Shown: positions 18,196 through 28,016 of the stretch, piece after piece | Position numbering within the stretch: the first letter of the stretch is position 1 | Layout of the letters: the number at the start of each line of letters is the position of its first letter | Assembly (NCBI GenBank): GCA_965248445.1 | Contig: CBDFJG010000004.1 | Coordinates: forward strand, 1,344,001-1,408,000 | Origin: Planctomycetota bacterium | GTDB lineage: Bacteria > Planctomycetota > JAJSAM01 > JAJVHW01 | Direction: 5' to 3' | DNA length: 64,000 nt | Notes under the pieces: generated by a model | Seen by the model: the letters and a program-made list of their open reading frames with translations, nothing else | Told to the model about the DNA's origin: nothing | Database searches by the model: none | Program-made: the position numbers and the translations under genes

Positions 18196-19890
18196 TCAGC
18201 CGCGCTCGACGAACACCCAATCGCCGATCACGACCGCATCGAGTCCGCTGCGCATCAGCACGTCGAGAGCTTCGCGCGGTGTGTTCGCGATGGGTTCACC
18301 GCGCAAGTTGAATGACGTGTTCAACAGCACGGGGACGCCGGTTCGCGTCCCGAAGGCGCTGAGGAGTTCGTGGAAGCGCGCGTTCTCGTCCGCGGTGACG
18401 GTCTGCACTCGTGCACTGCCGTCCACGTGCGTGATGGCCGGGACATGTTGCCGGCGATCCGCGCGTACCGGGAACGCGAGCAGCATGTACGGCGACGGAC
18501 GCACGTCGTCGAACCACTCCGCAGCGTGTTCGAGCGGCACCGCCGGCGCGAAGGGCCGGAACGCCTCGCGGAACTTCACATCGCGGTTGAGACGCTCACG
18601 CATCGACGGGTCGCGCGGGTCGGCCAAGATCGAGCGATTGCCAAGTGCGCGCGGTCCGTACTCCATGCGTCCCTGCATCCAGCCGACGATGGCTCCGTTC
18701 GCGAGCAGCTCCGCCGTGTGGTCGGCCACGTCGTCGACGCGCTCGCCCGTCACGCCGAGCGCCGCCGCGGCGGCCGCGACGTCCTGTTCGCGACAAGCGG
18801 GACCGAGGAAGGCGTGACGCTGTCGTTCGCCGCGCGGCGCGCCGAGCGTCCGGTGCGCCGTGAGGAGCGCAGCGCCGAGCGCTGCGCCGTTGTCGCCGGC
18901 CGCCGGTTGCACGAACACCTCTTCGAACGGCCCTTCGCGCACCAGTCGGCCGTTCGCGACACAGTTGAGCGCTACGCCGCCGGCCATCACGAGACGACTC
19001 TCACCGGACTCTTCGTGCAGGCGGTGCGCGAGTGCGAGCACGACGTCTTCGGTCGCCGCCTGTAATGCGAACGCCACGTCGCGGTGCCGGTCCTCGATCT
19101 CACCCTCCGCGGCGCGCGCCGCACCGAACGTGCGAACGAACCTCTCAGAGACGAGCTGCTGTGCGCCGTACTGGAACGTGAAGTACGAGAGGTCGACGGC
19201 GAACCCGCTCGTCGCGTGGGGCGCCAAGACTTCGCGCATCGCCGCGACGTACGTCGCGGCGCCGTGCGGAGCGAGGCCCATCACCTTGCCTTCGTCCTCG
19301 GTCGGGCGCCAGCCGAGCCAGTCGGTCACGGCCTCCCACACCTTCCCCACGGAGACTGGGTAGTTCACCGTCAAGTAGCGGTGGTGCGTCTTCTCGTCGA
19401 CGCGTGCGAGCACGGTGGCGGCAGCTTCGCCGGCACCGTCAATCGTGAGCGCCGCCGCGTGCGCAAAGCCCGACGGCCAGAACGCACTGTCGATGTGCGC
19501 CGCGTGGTGATCGACCGTGTGAAAGCGACCGCGGAACCCGCTCGCGTCGCGGAACCGGCGCTCCACACCCATGAAGCTCTTCCAGAGTGCCGGTTCCCGT
19601 CCGAGGTAAGAGGCGCTCTTCGGGAAGTGCCTCAGGAAGTGCCAGGCGCCGCGCCGGAGCCAGAGCCGTGGGTTCATGTAGAACGCGACGTGCTCGAGCT
19701 CGTCCCACGAGGACCCGGCGTGGGTCAGGCAGAGCGCCATCGCCCGGTCCGGTCGCCCGAAGTGGTGCTTCACGCGGGAGAGCCGCTCTTCCTCGACGGC
19801 CATCAGCACATCGCCTCCGCGCACGATCGCGGCGGCCGCGTCGTGGGTCGAGTTGAAGCCGAGGACGAGCTGAGTGCCGGACGCAGCCAT
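18196..19890 (-). CDS. Carbamoyltransferase (NodU/CmcH family)
   Basis: HDAAAA, EEERLSRVKH, HHAAH, EGKVMGLA, AGGVALNC, GPRALGNRS, KFREAFRPFAP, HVDGSAR, NTSFN. Confidence 0.93.
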   Translation of the reverse strand: MAASGTQLVLGFNSTHDAAAAIVRGGDVLMAVEEERLSRVKHHFGRPDRAMALCLTHAGSSWDELEHVAFYMNPRLWLRRGAWHFLRHFPKSASYLGREPALWKSFMGVERRFRDASGFRGRFHTVDHHAAHIDSAFWPSGFAHAAALTIDGAGEAAATVLARVDEKTHHRYLTVNYPVSVGKVWEAVTDWLGWRPTEDEGKVMGLAPHGAATYVAAMREVLAPHATSGFAVDLSYFTFQYGAQQLVSERFVRTFGAARAAEGEIEDRHRDVAFALQAATEDVVLALAHRLHEESGESRLVMAGGVALNCVANGRLVREGPFEEVFVQPAAGDNGAALGAALLTAHRTLGAPRGERQRHAFLGPACREQDVAAAAAALGVTGERVDDVADHTAELLANGAIVGWMQGRMEYGPRALGNRSILADPRDPSMRERLNRDVKFREAFRPFAPAVPLEHAAEWFDDVRPSPYMLLAFPVRADRRQHVPAITHVDGSARVQTVTADENARFHELLSAFGTRTGVPVLLNTSFNLRGEPIANTPREALDVLMRSGLDAVVIGDWVFVERG

Positions 19891-19995
19891 TGCGGGCAGC
19901 GTACCGGAGGAGTGCGCTCCGGTGCGCCTCCGCTCGCGGTGCCGGAATCCTCTTTCAGTCGGCCTCTCGCGTCCCCATCCTGCGCGCACCTCGAC

Positions 19996-20895
19996 GTGTC
20001 GCTGTTCGACTCCCTCATTGCCGCCGCCCTGCCGATCACCCCGCGCTTCATCGTGGGGCGCGTCGCGCGCAAGTACATCGCGGGTGAGTCGATCGCGGAC
20101 GCGGTCGAGACGATCCGCCGCCTCAACGCCGCGGGCGCCTGTTGCACCGTGGACGTGCTCGGGGAGTTCATCGAGGAGTTCGCCGCGGCGCGCCTCACCG
20201 CCAAGCAGTACGGGGACACTCTCGATGCAATAGAAGCCAACGGCCTGGACGGCAACATCTCCGTCAAGCTGACGGCGCTCGGACTCCTCCTCGACGAGGG
20301 CGCTTGTACGGCCCTCGTGCGCGATCTGGCTGTGCAGGCACAGGGTCACGGGAGCTTCGTGCGCATCGACATGGAGGACTCGCCGGTCACCGACGCCACT
20401 CTTGCGCTCGTGCGAACGTTGCGCGCGGAGGGTCTGCCGGTCGGCGCCGTGCTCCAGGCGTATCTGCACCGAACGCGCGCGGATGCGCAGCAGCTCGCCG
20501 ACGCCGATGTGCCGGTGCGGCTGTGCAAGGGCATCTACAAAGAGTCGGAGAACATCGCGTTCCAGGGTCGTGAGGAGATTCGCGAGAGCTACCGCGATTG
20601 CCTGCGCATCCTGCTGGCGGGTGACGGACAAGTGGGGATTGCGACGCACGATGAGGTGCTCGCCACGTACGCGCTCGAGTGCGTCGCAGAGATGCGGCCC
20701 ACGCGCGAGAACGTCGAATTCCAGATGCTGCTCGGCGTGCGGGAATGGCTCCGCGACGAACTACTCGCCAAGGGCCACGCCGTGCGGATCTACGTGCCGT
20801 TCGGTGAAAGCTGGTACGGCTACAGCAAGCGTCGGCTGCGCGAGAACCCCGAGATCGCAGGGCATGTGTTTCGGGCGATGCTGGGGTTCAGGTGA
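19996..20895 (+). CDS. Monofunctional proline dehydrogenase
   Basis: YIAGE, DVLGE, ISVKLTALG, RIDMED, LQAYL.RT, RLCKGIY, IATHD, EFQMLLG, YVPFG..WYGY..RRL.ENP. Confidence 0.93.
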   Translation: MSLFDSLIAAALPITPRFIVGRVARKYIAGESIADAVETIRRLNAAGACCTVDVLGEFIEEFAAARLTAKQYGDTLDAIEANGLDGNISVKLTALGLLLDEGACTALVRDLAVQAQGHGSFVRIDMEDSPVTDATLALVRTLRAEGLPVGAVLQAYLHRTRADAQQLADADVPVRLCKGIYKESENIAFQGREEIRESYRDCLRILLAGDGQVGIATHDEVLATYALECVAEMRPTRENVEFQMLLGVREWLRDELLAKGHAVRIYVPFGESWYGYSKRRLRENPEIAGHVFRAMLGFR

Positions 20896-21144
20896 TCGCG
20901 CGAGTGTGCGCGATCACCTGAACGGGCGCGGCCCGAGCGCGCGTGTCAGCGCGCGGGGGAGCAGACGCCATCGGCAATGGCGTCTGCAGCGCCACGGGAG
21001 AAGCGTAGGCGCGCGAGTGTGCGCGATCACCTGAACGGGCGCGGCCCGAGCGCGCGTGTCGGCGCGCGAGGGAGCAGGCGACATAGGTAATGGCGTCTGC
21101 AGCGCCACGGGAGAACTGTGATCGCGCAGCGATCACTTGAACCG
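20886..21144. repeat. Two about 105-bp direct repeats with 113-bp period plus a partial third copy, containing hairpins
   Basis: Copies at 20898-21002 and 21011-21115. A 16-bp inverted repeat GTTCAGGTGATCGCGC/GCGCGATCACCTGAAC lies at 20886-20923, and GTGATCGC..GCGATCAC recurs at 21118. Confidence 0.85.
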
Positions 21145-21219
21145 GCGCCCAAGCCACCTCCGGGTCCCACCCGCCCACGGGGGAGGACGCCCGGCGAGTC
21201 CGGTTGGTTACAGCCGTTT

Positions 21220-21247
21220 GCGGGCGGGGGCAGCGCCCCGCCCCTAA
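21220..21247 (-). repeat. REP-like palindrome (TTAG variant)
   Basis: GCGGGCGGGGG-CAGCG-CCCCGCCCCTAA; matches the copy at 42481. Confidence 0.55.
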
Positions 21248-21317
21248 AGCCGAGCTGCTCTCGAGATGCAACCAACGGGTTGCTGCGCGAGCCGAAGGCC
21301 GCGCGCCCGGGCGCTCG

Positions 21318-22157
21318 CTACCTGGAGTCGCCGCCGGTGATGTACCCGTCGTTGTTCTTGTCCATGCGCTTCCACGCGGCTTCGGTGCCCTTCCACTCCT
21401 TGCGCGAGACCTTGCCGTCCTCGTCGGCGTCCATGGCCGCGATGACGTTGGAGTCCTCGAGGGTGGGGGCCATCTCCATGCCGCCCATCGCACGGCCGGT
21501 CGCCTCGTAGTAGTCCACGACGCCGTCGGAGTTCGCGTCGTGCTTGCGGAACGCGCGCATCGGGCCGTCGTACTCGGCCTGGCTGATCTGACGGTCGTAG
21601 TTCAGGTCGAACAGGTCGAGCATCTCGTAACGGCTCGGGTTGCGGGCGCGCTTCTTGAGGTCGTCGAGCTGATCCGACGCCATGCGGAGAAGCTCTTTCC
21701 ACTCGTGGTAACCGTTCTTGTTCCGGTCGAACTTGCGGAACATGTTGTCGTCGCCGGGGAACTCCTCTTTGGAGACGACCCCGTCCTTGTCCTGGTCGAA
21801 ACGCAGCGAGCTCAGTGCGTGCGCGCGGGTGTCGCGCAGGATCAGCAGTCGGCGGAAGCCCACCGGTCGCGCCATCACCGCGAGGAACTCCTTCTTCGAC
21901 ACGTCCTCGTCGCCGTCACGATCGAAGCGGTCGAGCCAGCCCTTGGGGACCTCGTCGCCGCGGAGCTTCCCGTCGCGACTTGCGTCGATCTTGACGAACT
22001 GCTTCTCGAGCGCGGCGAGGCGTTCCTTCTCCGAGATCTTGGGAGCCTCGGCCTTCTTCTTGACGTCGTACTCGTGATGGTCGGCCGACGCTGCGGGCGC
22101 GAGCAGGGTCACGAAGACCGCGGCGGCGAAGGCACCGAACAACGTTGCGCGTGTCAT
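21318..22157 (-). CDS. Secreted multi-EF-hand protein (about 8 loops)
   Basis: Signal peptide; DxDxDG-type loops such as DRDGDEDVSKKE, DQDKDGVVSKEE, DANSDGVVDYYE, DADEDGKVSRKE. Confidence 0.85.
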   Translation of the reverse strand: MTRATLFGAFAAAVFVTLLAPAASADHHEYDVKKKAEAPKISEKERLAALEKQFVKIDASRDGKLRGDEVPKGWLDRFDRDGDEDVSKKEFLAVMARPVGFRRLLILRDTRAHALSSLRFDQDKDGVVSKEEFPGDDNMFRKFDRNKNGYHEWKELLRMASDQLDDLKKRARNPSRYEMLDLFDLNYDRQISQAEYDGPMRAFRKHDANSDGVVDYYEATGRAMGGMEMAPTLEDSNVIAAMDADEDGKVSRKEWKGTEAAWKRMDKNNDGYITGGDSR

Positions 22158-25100
22158 CTCTTGTCCTCCCGGCCCCCGAGGGGGTCCCCGTCCGAACCTG
22201 AACTGCTCTCGAGACCCGTGACCGGGACGCCGAGCACCCGCAGGAACTCCGCCTGACTGAGCCAGCGAGCTCCCTCGTGGCTCACGTCCATGATAGGCGC
22301 TCCCGAAGCGTCGACTGTCCGGTCGAGAGGGAATTCCTCCATGCCGATGTCGAAGCTCCCCCTCAGGGTCGGTACCGAGGCCAGATTTCTGACCTCATCG
22401 GGCCGGCCGAGGTCCGTCAGCGTCGCGCCGCCCTCGCCCGCGGTGATCGCGAAGGTCCGCAGGAACGGCTGGTTGTACATGCTCGCGATCGTGAGTGAGC
22501 GAGGGTCGCCCCCGATGGCCACCGACCCACGGGGTCTGGGGGTCGCCGAGTCGGTGACGTCGAGAACCCCGAGGCGATTTGGGGCCAGCCAGACGATCAG
22601 GTCGCGTTCCTGGGTGGGGATGGCGCCCCCCTCGCTGCCGAGCTCGTAGAGCGTCGTGATGGCAACGTCCCGGATCTCGCCTGCGCCCACCCGCATGATC
22701 ACCGTCGGTCGCCTGGGCTCCGTCACGTCCATGAGCCACAGTCCGCGCCGGAGCGTACCGACGGCCGCCAGGGCGCGCGCGCGGGTTCGGCGGCCCTCGA
22801 GCTTCTCCGCGCTCGGGCGCGAGTACTGGAACAGGATGCTGATTCGCGTCGCTGTGACCGTCGCCGTGTCCGAGCCGTTCATGTCGAGCGAGGCGAGCAG
22901 GACGCGCGGAGCCGCCGGGTCGCGGACGTCGATCGCGGCGAGCCCCTTGGGGCCGGACGCGACCCAGAGCGTCGGCGTTTCGAGGTGGAGGTCGTACGCG
23001 GGGATGTCGGGCAGGTGGGAGATCTCGCGGGGCTTGGACGGCTTCGAGATGTCGAAGATGCGCACGCCGGCCGCGCCGTCCGCGACGTACAGCTTGCCGG
23101 CACGGATCATCATCCTCTGCGGGTCCTCGACTGCTTTCTTGACGCGTCCGAGCGACTTCGGAAACCCAGGTGATCGCGCGTCGATGATGACGAGCTCCCC
23201 CTTCGCGGTGGCGGCGAAGACCTCCTGCATGTACCCCGAGAGCCGGTCGTTGTGGACGGCGATCGCCTGCACGTCGGGGACGGCCACGACCGAGAGCAGC
23301 GCGCTGTTGGCGGGGTTCTTGCGATCCACGCTGAGGAAGCGGATTCCCTGGCTGCCGCCGGTGACGGCGAAGTCGCGCGCCAGCCGGAAGTTGTTCGTGC
23401 CGCGGCCGTACGTCGACGGCGCGCGGTGGCACTCGATGCACGTACGCGCCCGCGCGGTCGTCGTGTGCGTCTGGTGGTGGATCATCGTCATGCCGGAGAG
23501 CCCTGCGCGCGTGACGGGCAGCGCCTGCTCGAGGACGAGTTCACCCTTGTCGTCGTGGACGGTCGCCATGCTCGAGAAGCCGACCATGTACGGAGCGATC
23601 TTCCCGTGGCTGTTCCAGCCCAGGTAGTAGTGCTTGAACGTGGAGAACACCTTCTCCTGCGTCGTCACGCGACCCTGCGTGCGCGCGCCCGACAACATAT
23701 CCAGCTGTGTGAACGCCTCGTTCCGGTCGAAGTGGAAGCCGAAGAAGTTCGGGTTCCACCCGCTGTGGCACGAGTAGCACTCGAGGTTCTTGTGGTCGTC
23801 GGACATCGCGAGTGCGGCGTGCGAGTTGAAGTCGTCGCTGCCGGGCCGCACGACGTTGCGCGCTTGCTTGACGCGGTGCCGCTTGCCAGTCACGCGACTG
23901 ACCAGGAACACCTGGCCGTCCTCGTGTTCGAGATGGGCGAGCTTCTTGCCCTTCTTCGTGAGGCCCGTTGCGACCGCGGCCCACGTCCCGTGACACGTCG
24001 TGCACTGGATCTCGATCGCGTCTTCCATGCGGGCGTACAGGTTCCCGTCGCCCATCGTGTCGTCGCGCGTGTGGCAGTCGACGCAGTGCATGCCGCGCTG
24101 ATGGTGCACGTCGGCCGGCGTCGAAGCGGGATCGTCGATGTAGTACACGCCGTTCAGGCGCTTGCGGTGAAGGCCCGGTGCGTCCGGTGTCTGCGGCATG
24201 CCCGGTACGGGCTGCGCGAGCCCGCGGAAAGACAGGCCGATCGACGCGTCGCCGTAGTGGCAGCGCGTGCACGTTGCCGTGTCCGCGAACCGCACCATCT
24301 TGTGTTCCTTGGGATGGCCCGGCTCGAAGTGGTCGATCGTGCTGTCGCGCGAGAGCGAAAGACCGTCATCGGTATAGGGCACGTGGCAGGCCGAGCAGCC
24401 CTCGCCGCGGTAGTCACCATCCATGCCGGCGCGTCCGCGCATCGCGCGCCCCGGCGACCAGAGGTGACACTGCATGCAGGCCTTGCGCGGCAGATCGGAG
24501 AAGTGCGTCGACACGCGGTCGTCTCTGCCGCTCCGGAACCCCGGAATCTGCTTCAGTACCAAGACGGCCGAGTCCGGTCGGACAACGCTTGCGTCCCGCT
24601 CGTCCTTCACCGGGAAGACGGAGTAGAGCGGGTGCCGCTTGGCCACGACGCCGTTCTCGTAGAGGCCGTCGCCCAGGTGTCCGGCCGTGGACGCATGCAG
24701 CGAGTGGTGCACGTCATGCACGGCGTCTGCGTGACATGGTCCACACGACTTCTCGACGATGCGCAGGTTGCCGGGATCGAGGAATCGCAAGTACGCGGGA
24801 TCGACTCCGCGGCCGAGTACGCGTTCGTCGGTGGGCAGGCGCCCGCGCGGCTTGACGTGCGCCTTCTCCGCGTCCCCGGCAGTCGCGTCGCCGCCGTGAC
24901 ACTGCACGCACGTGACCGGCGAGAACGGGTGCATGTCCTCGATCGCTTCGTGGCACGTGCCGCAGGTGCCGTTCTCGGACGACCCGGCACCGCCTGCCGC
25001 GGGGCCGCCCATGCCGCCGCCCATGTCCTGGCCGACGACGGGAACAGCGAGGATGACTGCGAGCGCGAGCGCGAGCGAGAGCGCCGCGGCGACCACGAAT

Positions 25101-25183
25101 CTCACGGCACCAAACCCCCCGTCATCCGAACGCACTTCACCGCTGCCTTGCGGGTGTGTCGCGCGCGCGAGCCGCTTCGCCAC
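22154..25183 (-). CDS. Decaheme c-type cytochrome fused to a C-terminal LVIVD beta-propeller
   Basis: Ten CxxCH motifs (CGTCH, CVQCH, CGPCH, CMQCH, CSACH, CTRCH, CVDCH, CTTCH, CYSCH, CIECH); LVIVD-type repeats (LYVADGAAGVRIFDISKP, GLAAIDVRDP, GLWLMDVTEP); N-terminal hydrophobic signal. Confidence 0.88.
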   Translation of the reverse strand: MAKRLARATHPQGSGEVRSDDGGFGAVRFVVAAALSLALALAVILAVPVVGQDMGGGMGGPAAGGAGSSENGTCGTCHEAIEDMHPFSPVTCVQCHGGDATAGDAEKAHVKPRGRLPTDERVLGRGVDPAYLRFLDPGNLRIVEKSCGPCHADAVHDVHHSLHASTAGHLGDGLYENGVVAKRHPLYSVFPVKDERDASVVRPDSAVLVLKQIPGFRSGRDDRVSTHFSDLPRKACMQCHLWSPGRAMRGRAGMDGDYRGEGCSACHVPYTDDGLSLSRDSTIDHFEPGHPKEHKMVRFADTATCTRCHYGDASIGLSFRGLAQPVPGMPQTPDAPGLHRKRLNGVYYIDDPASTPADVHHQRGMHCVDCHTRDDTMGDGNLYARMEDAIEIQCTTCHGTWAAVATGLTKKGKKLAHLEHEDGQVFLVSRVTGKRHRVKQARNVVRPGSDDFNSHAALAMSDDHKNLECYSCHSGWNPNFFGFHFDRNEAFTQLDMLSGARTQGRVTTQEKVFSTFKHYYLGWNSHGKIAPYMVGFSSMATVHDDKGELVLEQALPVTRAGLSGMTMIHHQTHTTTARARTCIECHRAPSTYGRGTNNFRLARDFAVTGGSQGIRFLSVDRKNPANSALLSVVAVPDVQAIAVHNDRLSGYMQEVFAATAKGELVIIDARSPGFPKSLGRVKKAVEDPQRMMIRAGKLYVADGAAGVRIFDISKPSKPREISHLPDIPAYDLHLETPTLWVASGPKGLAAIDVRDPAAPRVLLASLDMNGSDTATVTATRISILFQYSRPSAEKLEGRRTRARALAAVGTLRRGLWLMDVTEPRRPTVIMRVGAGEIRDVAITTLYELGSEGGAIPTQERDLIVWLAPNRLGVLDVTDSATPRPRGSVAIGGDPRSLTIASMYNQPFLRTFAITAGEGGATLTDLGRPDEVRNLASVPTLRGSFDIGMEEFPLDRTVDASGAPIMDVSHEGARWLSQAEFLRVLGVPVTGLESSSGSDGDPLGGREDKR

Positions 25184-25195
25184 GTCTCCCGACCG

Positions 25196-26362
25196 CTAGG
25201 CGAAGATCGGCTTGATGACGTTGCCGCGGGCCTCGTCAGGGTCCGTTCTGAACAGCTGCGCGATGGTCGGGCATACGTCGAACGAGTTCATCGACTTGGT
25301 GATCGTCTTGCCCGTCTTGAAGTCCGGACCGGCAGCGATGATGAAGACCTTGCGGAGGTCCTCGGAGCCATCGCCGTGGTCCAGGCCGTTGCGCTCGTTC
25401 AGGTTGGCGTCGCGACCGAACTCCGGGAGGATGAAGATCGAGGTCGAGTCCCGGAGCTCCGGGTCGGCCTGCACGGATTGCCAGAGCAGCCCGATCTCCT
25501 GGTCGTTGCGGCGGATCGTGTCGACGTAGGCGTTGTAGCTGCCGTGCGCCACGTCCGCGTTCTGCAGGACGATCGAGATGAGCTTCGGACGGAAGAGACG
25601 CAGCAGGTTGCGCGCGACGCGGATCGACTTGGCGTCGCCCGAACCCGGCCCCGTGATGCGCGACGTGTCGCCACGCAGTTCCTCGAGGATGTAGCGCTGA
25701 ATGCGCAGCGCGGTCTCGGGGTCGTTCTGGAACTTCTTGTCCCGTGCGCCCTCGAGCCACTTCTTGTCGAGTGAGCCCATGAGGCGCTCGACGCGCTTGG
25801 CCTCCTCGTCCGACGGCAGCGATGCGTTGCCGAACTTCCCGATCAGGTCGCGGAACTCGGCGTTGAACAAGCCGTCCGTCGAGATCAGGTTGGCCCCGTA
25901 CTCGGCGCCGTAGTCGGGGTTGTTGCTGTACGCGTAGTTCAGCGTCTGCGCGCCGGCGGTCGTCGAGAGCCACACCTGCTCGGGCGGCAGCTTCGCGTCC
26001 TTGCGGAGGTACTCGAAGATCGTCGGCCGCGGGCCGCGACGGTTCTCGCGGATGCCGCGCGCGTCGGGACAGCCGGTGAAGATCGCGAGCGCCGCGCCGT
26101 AGTGGCCGAGGTTCGCAGCCTTCACGTTCGGGCACACGACGCCCTTCTCGGCGATCGCAGCCATGTTCGGGATGTTCGACATCGTGCCGACGCACTCGCG
26201 GGCGCGGACGCCTCCGGCGAACGCGATCAGGATCACGTGCTTGGTCTTGTAGACCTTCTTCTTGGCGGCGAGCGCTTCGGTGCTCCGGCCGAGAATCGTG
26301 GCACCGGCGAGGGCGCCTGCTCCGGCAACGGCGCCGGCGCGGAGGAAGTCCCTGCGACGCAT
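25196..26362 (-). CDS. Tat-exported alkaline phosphatase/sulfatase-superfamily protein (DUF1501-like)
   Basis: MRRRDFL twin-arginine signal; KHVILIAFAGGVR, GH..A...IFTG, DVAH, PEFGRD, DHGD, DVCPTIA. The alternative start is 26440. Confidence 0.75.
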   Translation of the reverse strand: MRRRDFLRAGAVAGAGALAGATILGRSTEALAAKKKVYKTKHVILIAFAGGVRARECVGTMSNIPNMAAIAEKGVVCPNVKAANLGHYGAALAIFTGCPDARGIRENRRGPRPTIFEYLRKDAKLPPEQVWLSTTAGAQTLNYAYSNNPDYGAEYGANLISTDGLFNAEFRDLIGKFGNASLPSDEEAKRVERLMGSLDKKWLEGARDKKFQNDPETALRIQRYILEELRGDTSRITGPGSGDAKSIRVARNLLRLFRPKLISIVLQNADVAHGSYNAYVDTIRRNDQEIGLLWQSVQADPELRDSTSIFILPEFGRDANLNERNGLDHGDGSEDLRKVFIIAAGPDFKTGKTITKSMNSFDVCPTIAQLFRTDPDEARGNVIKPIFA

Positions 26363-26593
26363 CGCCTCCAGGCGTTCGCGAAGAATCTGGTCGTTGCGCT
26401 GCACTGCGCCCCCTTGCGGTGTCCCGATACCCGTGTCCATTCAGTCTATCGGCATCGCGCGGCTGCTGGTAGGGGGGCAGATGTGACCGGAGGGGGGTTT
26501 CGGCCGTCCTTCCACTGGCAGATACAGCCTCGGAGGCCGCTCGGCTCCGGTTCGGGGCCCTCCCAGGCTCGCGTGGGGGTACGCTCCCCGGCC

Positions 26594-27262
26594 ATGGCAA
26601 CGGACAGAAGTGTGGCGGGAGGGGTGCTCTGGGACCTCGATGGGGTCGTGATCGACTCCGAGGAGCTCTACTTCCAGGCCTACGGCCGTGTACTCAGGGA
26701 GTGGGGGATCTCGGTCTCGAGGCCGCTCTACGGCCGGATCTGGGTCGGTGGGGGACGCGGCGCGGAGTGGGCGGTCGAGACCTTCGGGCTCCCCGTGGAC
26801 GCAGACGAGCTCAAGCGCCGTCGGCGGCCGATCTACCAGCAACTGCTCGAGGAACGCATCCGGTTGATGCCGGGGATCGAGGCAGCGCTCGCCCGGCTCG
26901 GGGCCTCGTGGCCCATGGCCGTGGCGACGAACTCGCCCTCGTCGGCCGTGGACTTCGTGATGGAGAAGTTCGAGCTGCGGCATCACTTCCAGGACGTCGT
27001 GACGCGCGAGCGCTACCAGACACCCAAGCCCGCACCGGACGCGTTCCTCGCCGGCGCCGAGGCTCTTGGGCTGCCCCCGTCACGCTGCGTAGTGATCGAG
27101 GACGCCAACAAGGGTGTGCGCGCAGCGCACGCGGCCGGCTGCCGCGTCATCGCCGTTCCGCACACGTTCACGCGGCGGAACGACTTCTCGCTCGCGGACC
27201 GAGTAGTCGATTCCCTCGACGACGTCACGCCGGCGCTCGTGACCGAGCTGCTCGCGTCCTGA
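26594..27262 (+). CDS. HAD-family phosphatase (beta-PGM/CbbY-like)
   Basis: WDLDGVVIDSE, VATNS, KPAPD, IEDANKG. Confidence 0.92.
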   Translation: MATDRSVAGGVLWDLDGVVIDSEELYFQAYGRVLREWGISVSRPLYGRIWVGGGRGAEWAVETFGLPVDADELKRRRRPIYQQLLEERIRLMPGIEAALARLGASWPMAVATNSPSSAVDFVMEKFELRHHFQDVVTRERYQTPKPAPDAFLAGAEALGLPPSRCVVIEDANKGVRAAHAAGCRVIAVPHTFTRRNDFSLADRVVDSLDDVTPALVTELLAS

Positions 27263-27272
27263 CCGATCCCCG

Positions 27273-28016
27273 TCAGGTGCGCGCGACGATGACAGCCCGG
27301 TTAGCGCCGAGATCGAACGGGGCGCCGTGGACGTCGCCGTACCACGAGATCGCGTGGAAGCCGGCGTCGTGCAGCAGATGCGTCAGCTCGCGCACGCTGT
27401 AGACGCGCATCGAACTCGTGCGCGTGTCCTTCTCGCTGCCCCTTGCGAGTGTCCAGTCCACCTCGACGCGCCCGGCGGCGGCGTTCCAGCGGCGCGCCTC
27501 CTCGATCACGAACTCGCCGAGCTCCGCCCGGTCCGACTCCGAGAACTTGGGGAAGAGCGTCTCCGTGACGTGTCCGTCGAGCAGCATCTGCCCGCCCGGC
27601 ACGAGCGCGCGGGCTGCCCCGCGGAACTGCTCGAGGTTCCCGACGTCGTCGAAGTACCCGAAGCTGCCCCAGTAACAGACCACCGCGTCGAACTCGTCGC
27701 TGTACGGCAGGTGCCGCACGTCATGCCGTTCGAAGCGGATGTCCGCTCCGGCCTCCTTGGCGCGGGCGTGGGCGGCGGTCAGCAGCGCCTTCGACAGATC
27801 CGCTCCCGTGACCTCGCAGCCGAGCGCGGCCAGTCCGCGCGCTATGCGTCCCTCGCCGCACGGCGCATCCAGAACGCGAGAACCCTGCGGGAGACCGAGC
27901 ATCTTCGCGATCGCCGCGGAGTGCTCGGGGCCGGCGTCCCCGATCTGGGGGCCGAGCTGCCAGTCGAGCCAGAGGCCCTCGAAGAACGACTCCCACCAGT
28001 GTCCGCCGTCCGTCAT
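27273..28016 (-). CDS. Class I SAM-dependent methyltransferase
   Basis: VLDAPCGEGRI, GADLS, FDAVVCYWGSFGYF. Confidence 0.88.
   Translation of the reverse strand: MTDGGHWWESFFEGLWLDWQLGPQIGDAGPEHSAAIAKMLGLPQGSRVLDAPCGEGRIARGLAALGCEVTGADLSKALLTAAHARAKEAGADIRFERHDVRHLPYSDEFDAVVCYWGSFGYFDDVGNLEQFRGAARALVPGGQMLLDGHVTETLFPKFSESDRAELGEFVIEEARRWNAAAGRVEVDWTLARGSEKDTRTSSMRVYSVRELTHLLHDAGFHAISWYGDVHGAPFDLGANRAVIVART

Noticed and set aside
20886..21144. Possible CRISPR array
   Set aside because: Only two long near-identical units, no unique spacers and no cas genes.
23252..25774. 840-aa plus-strand ORF, and similar long shadow ORFs such as 4439-6166, 43029-44594 and 59587-61422
   Set aside because: They are antisense to well-supported genes, expected from high-GC codon bias, and carry no recognisable motifs.
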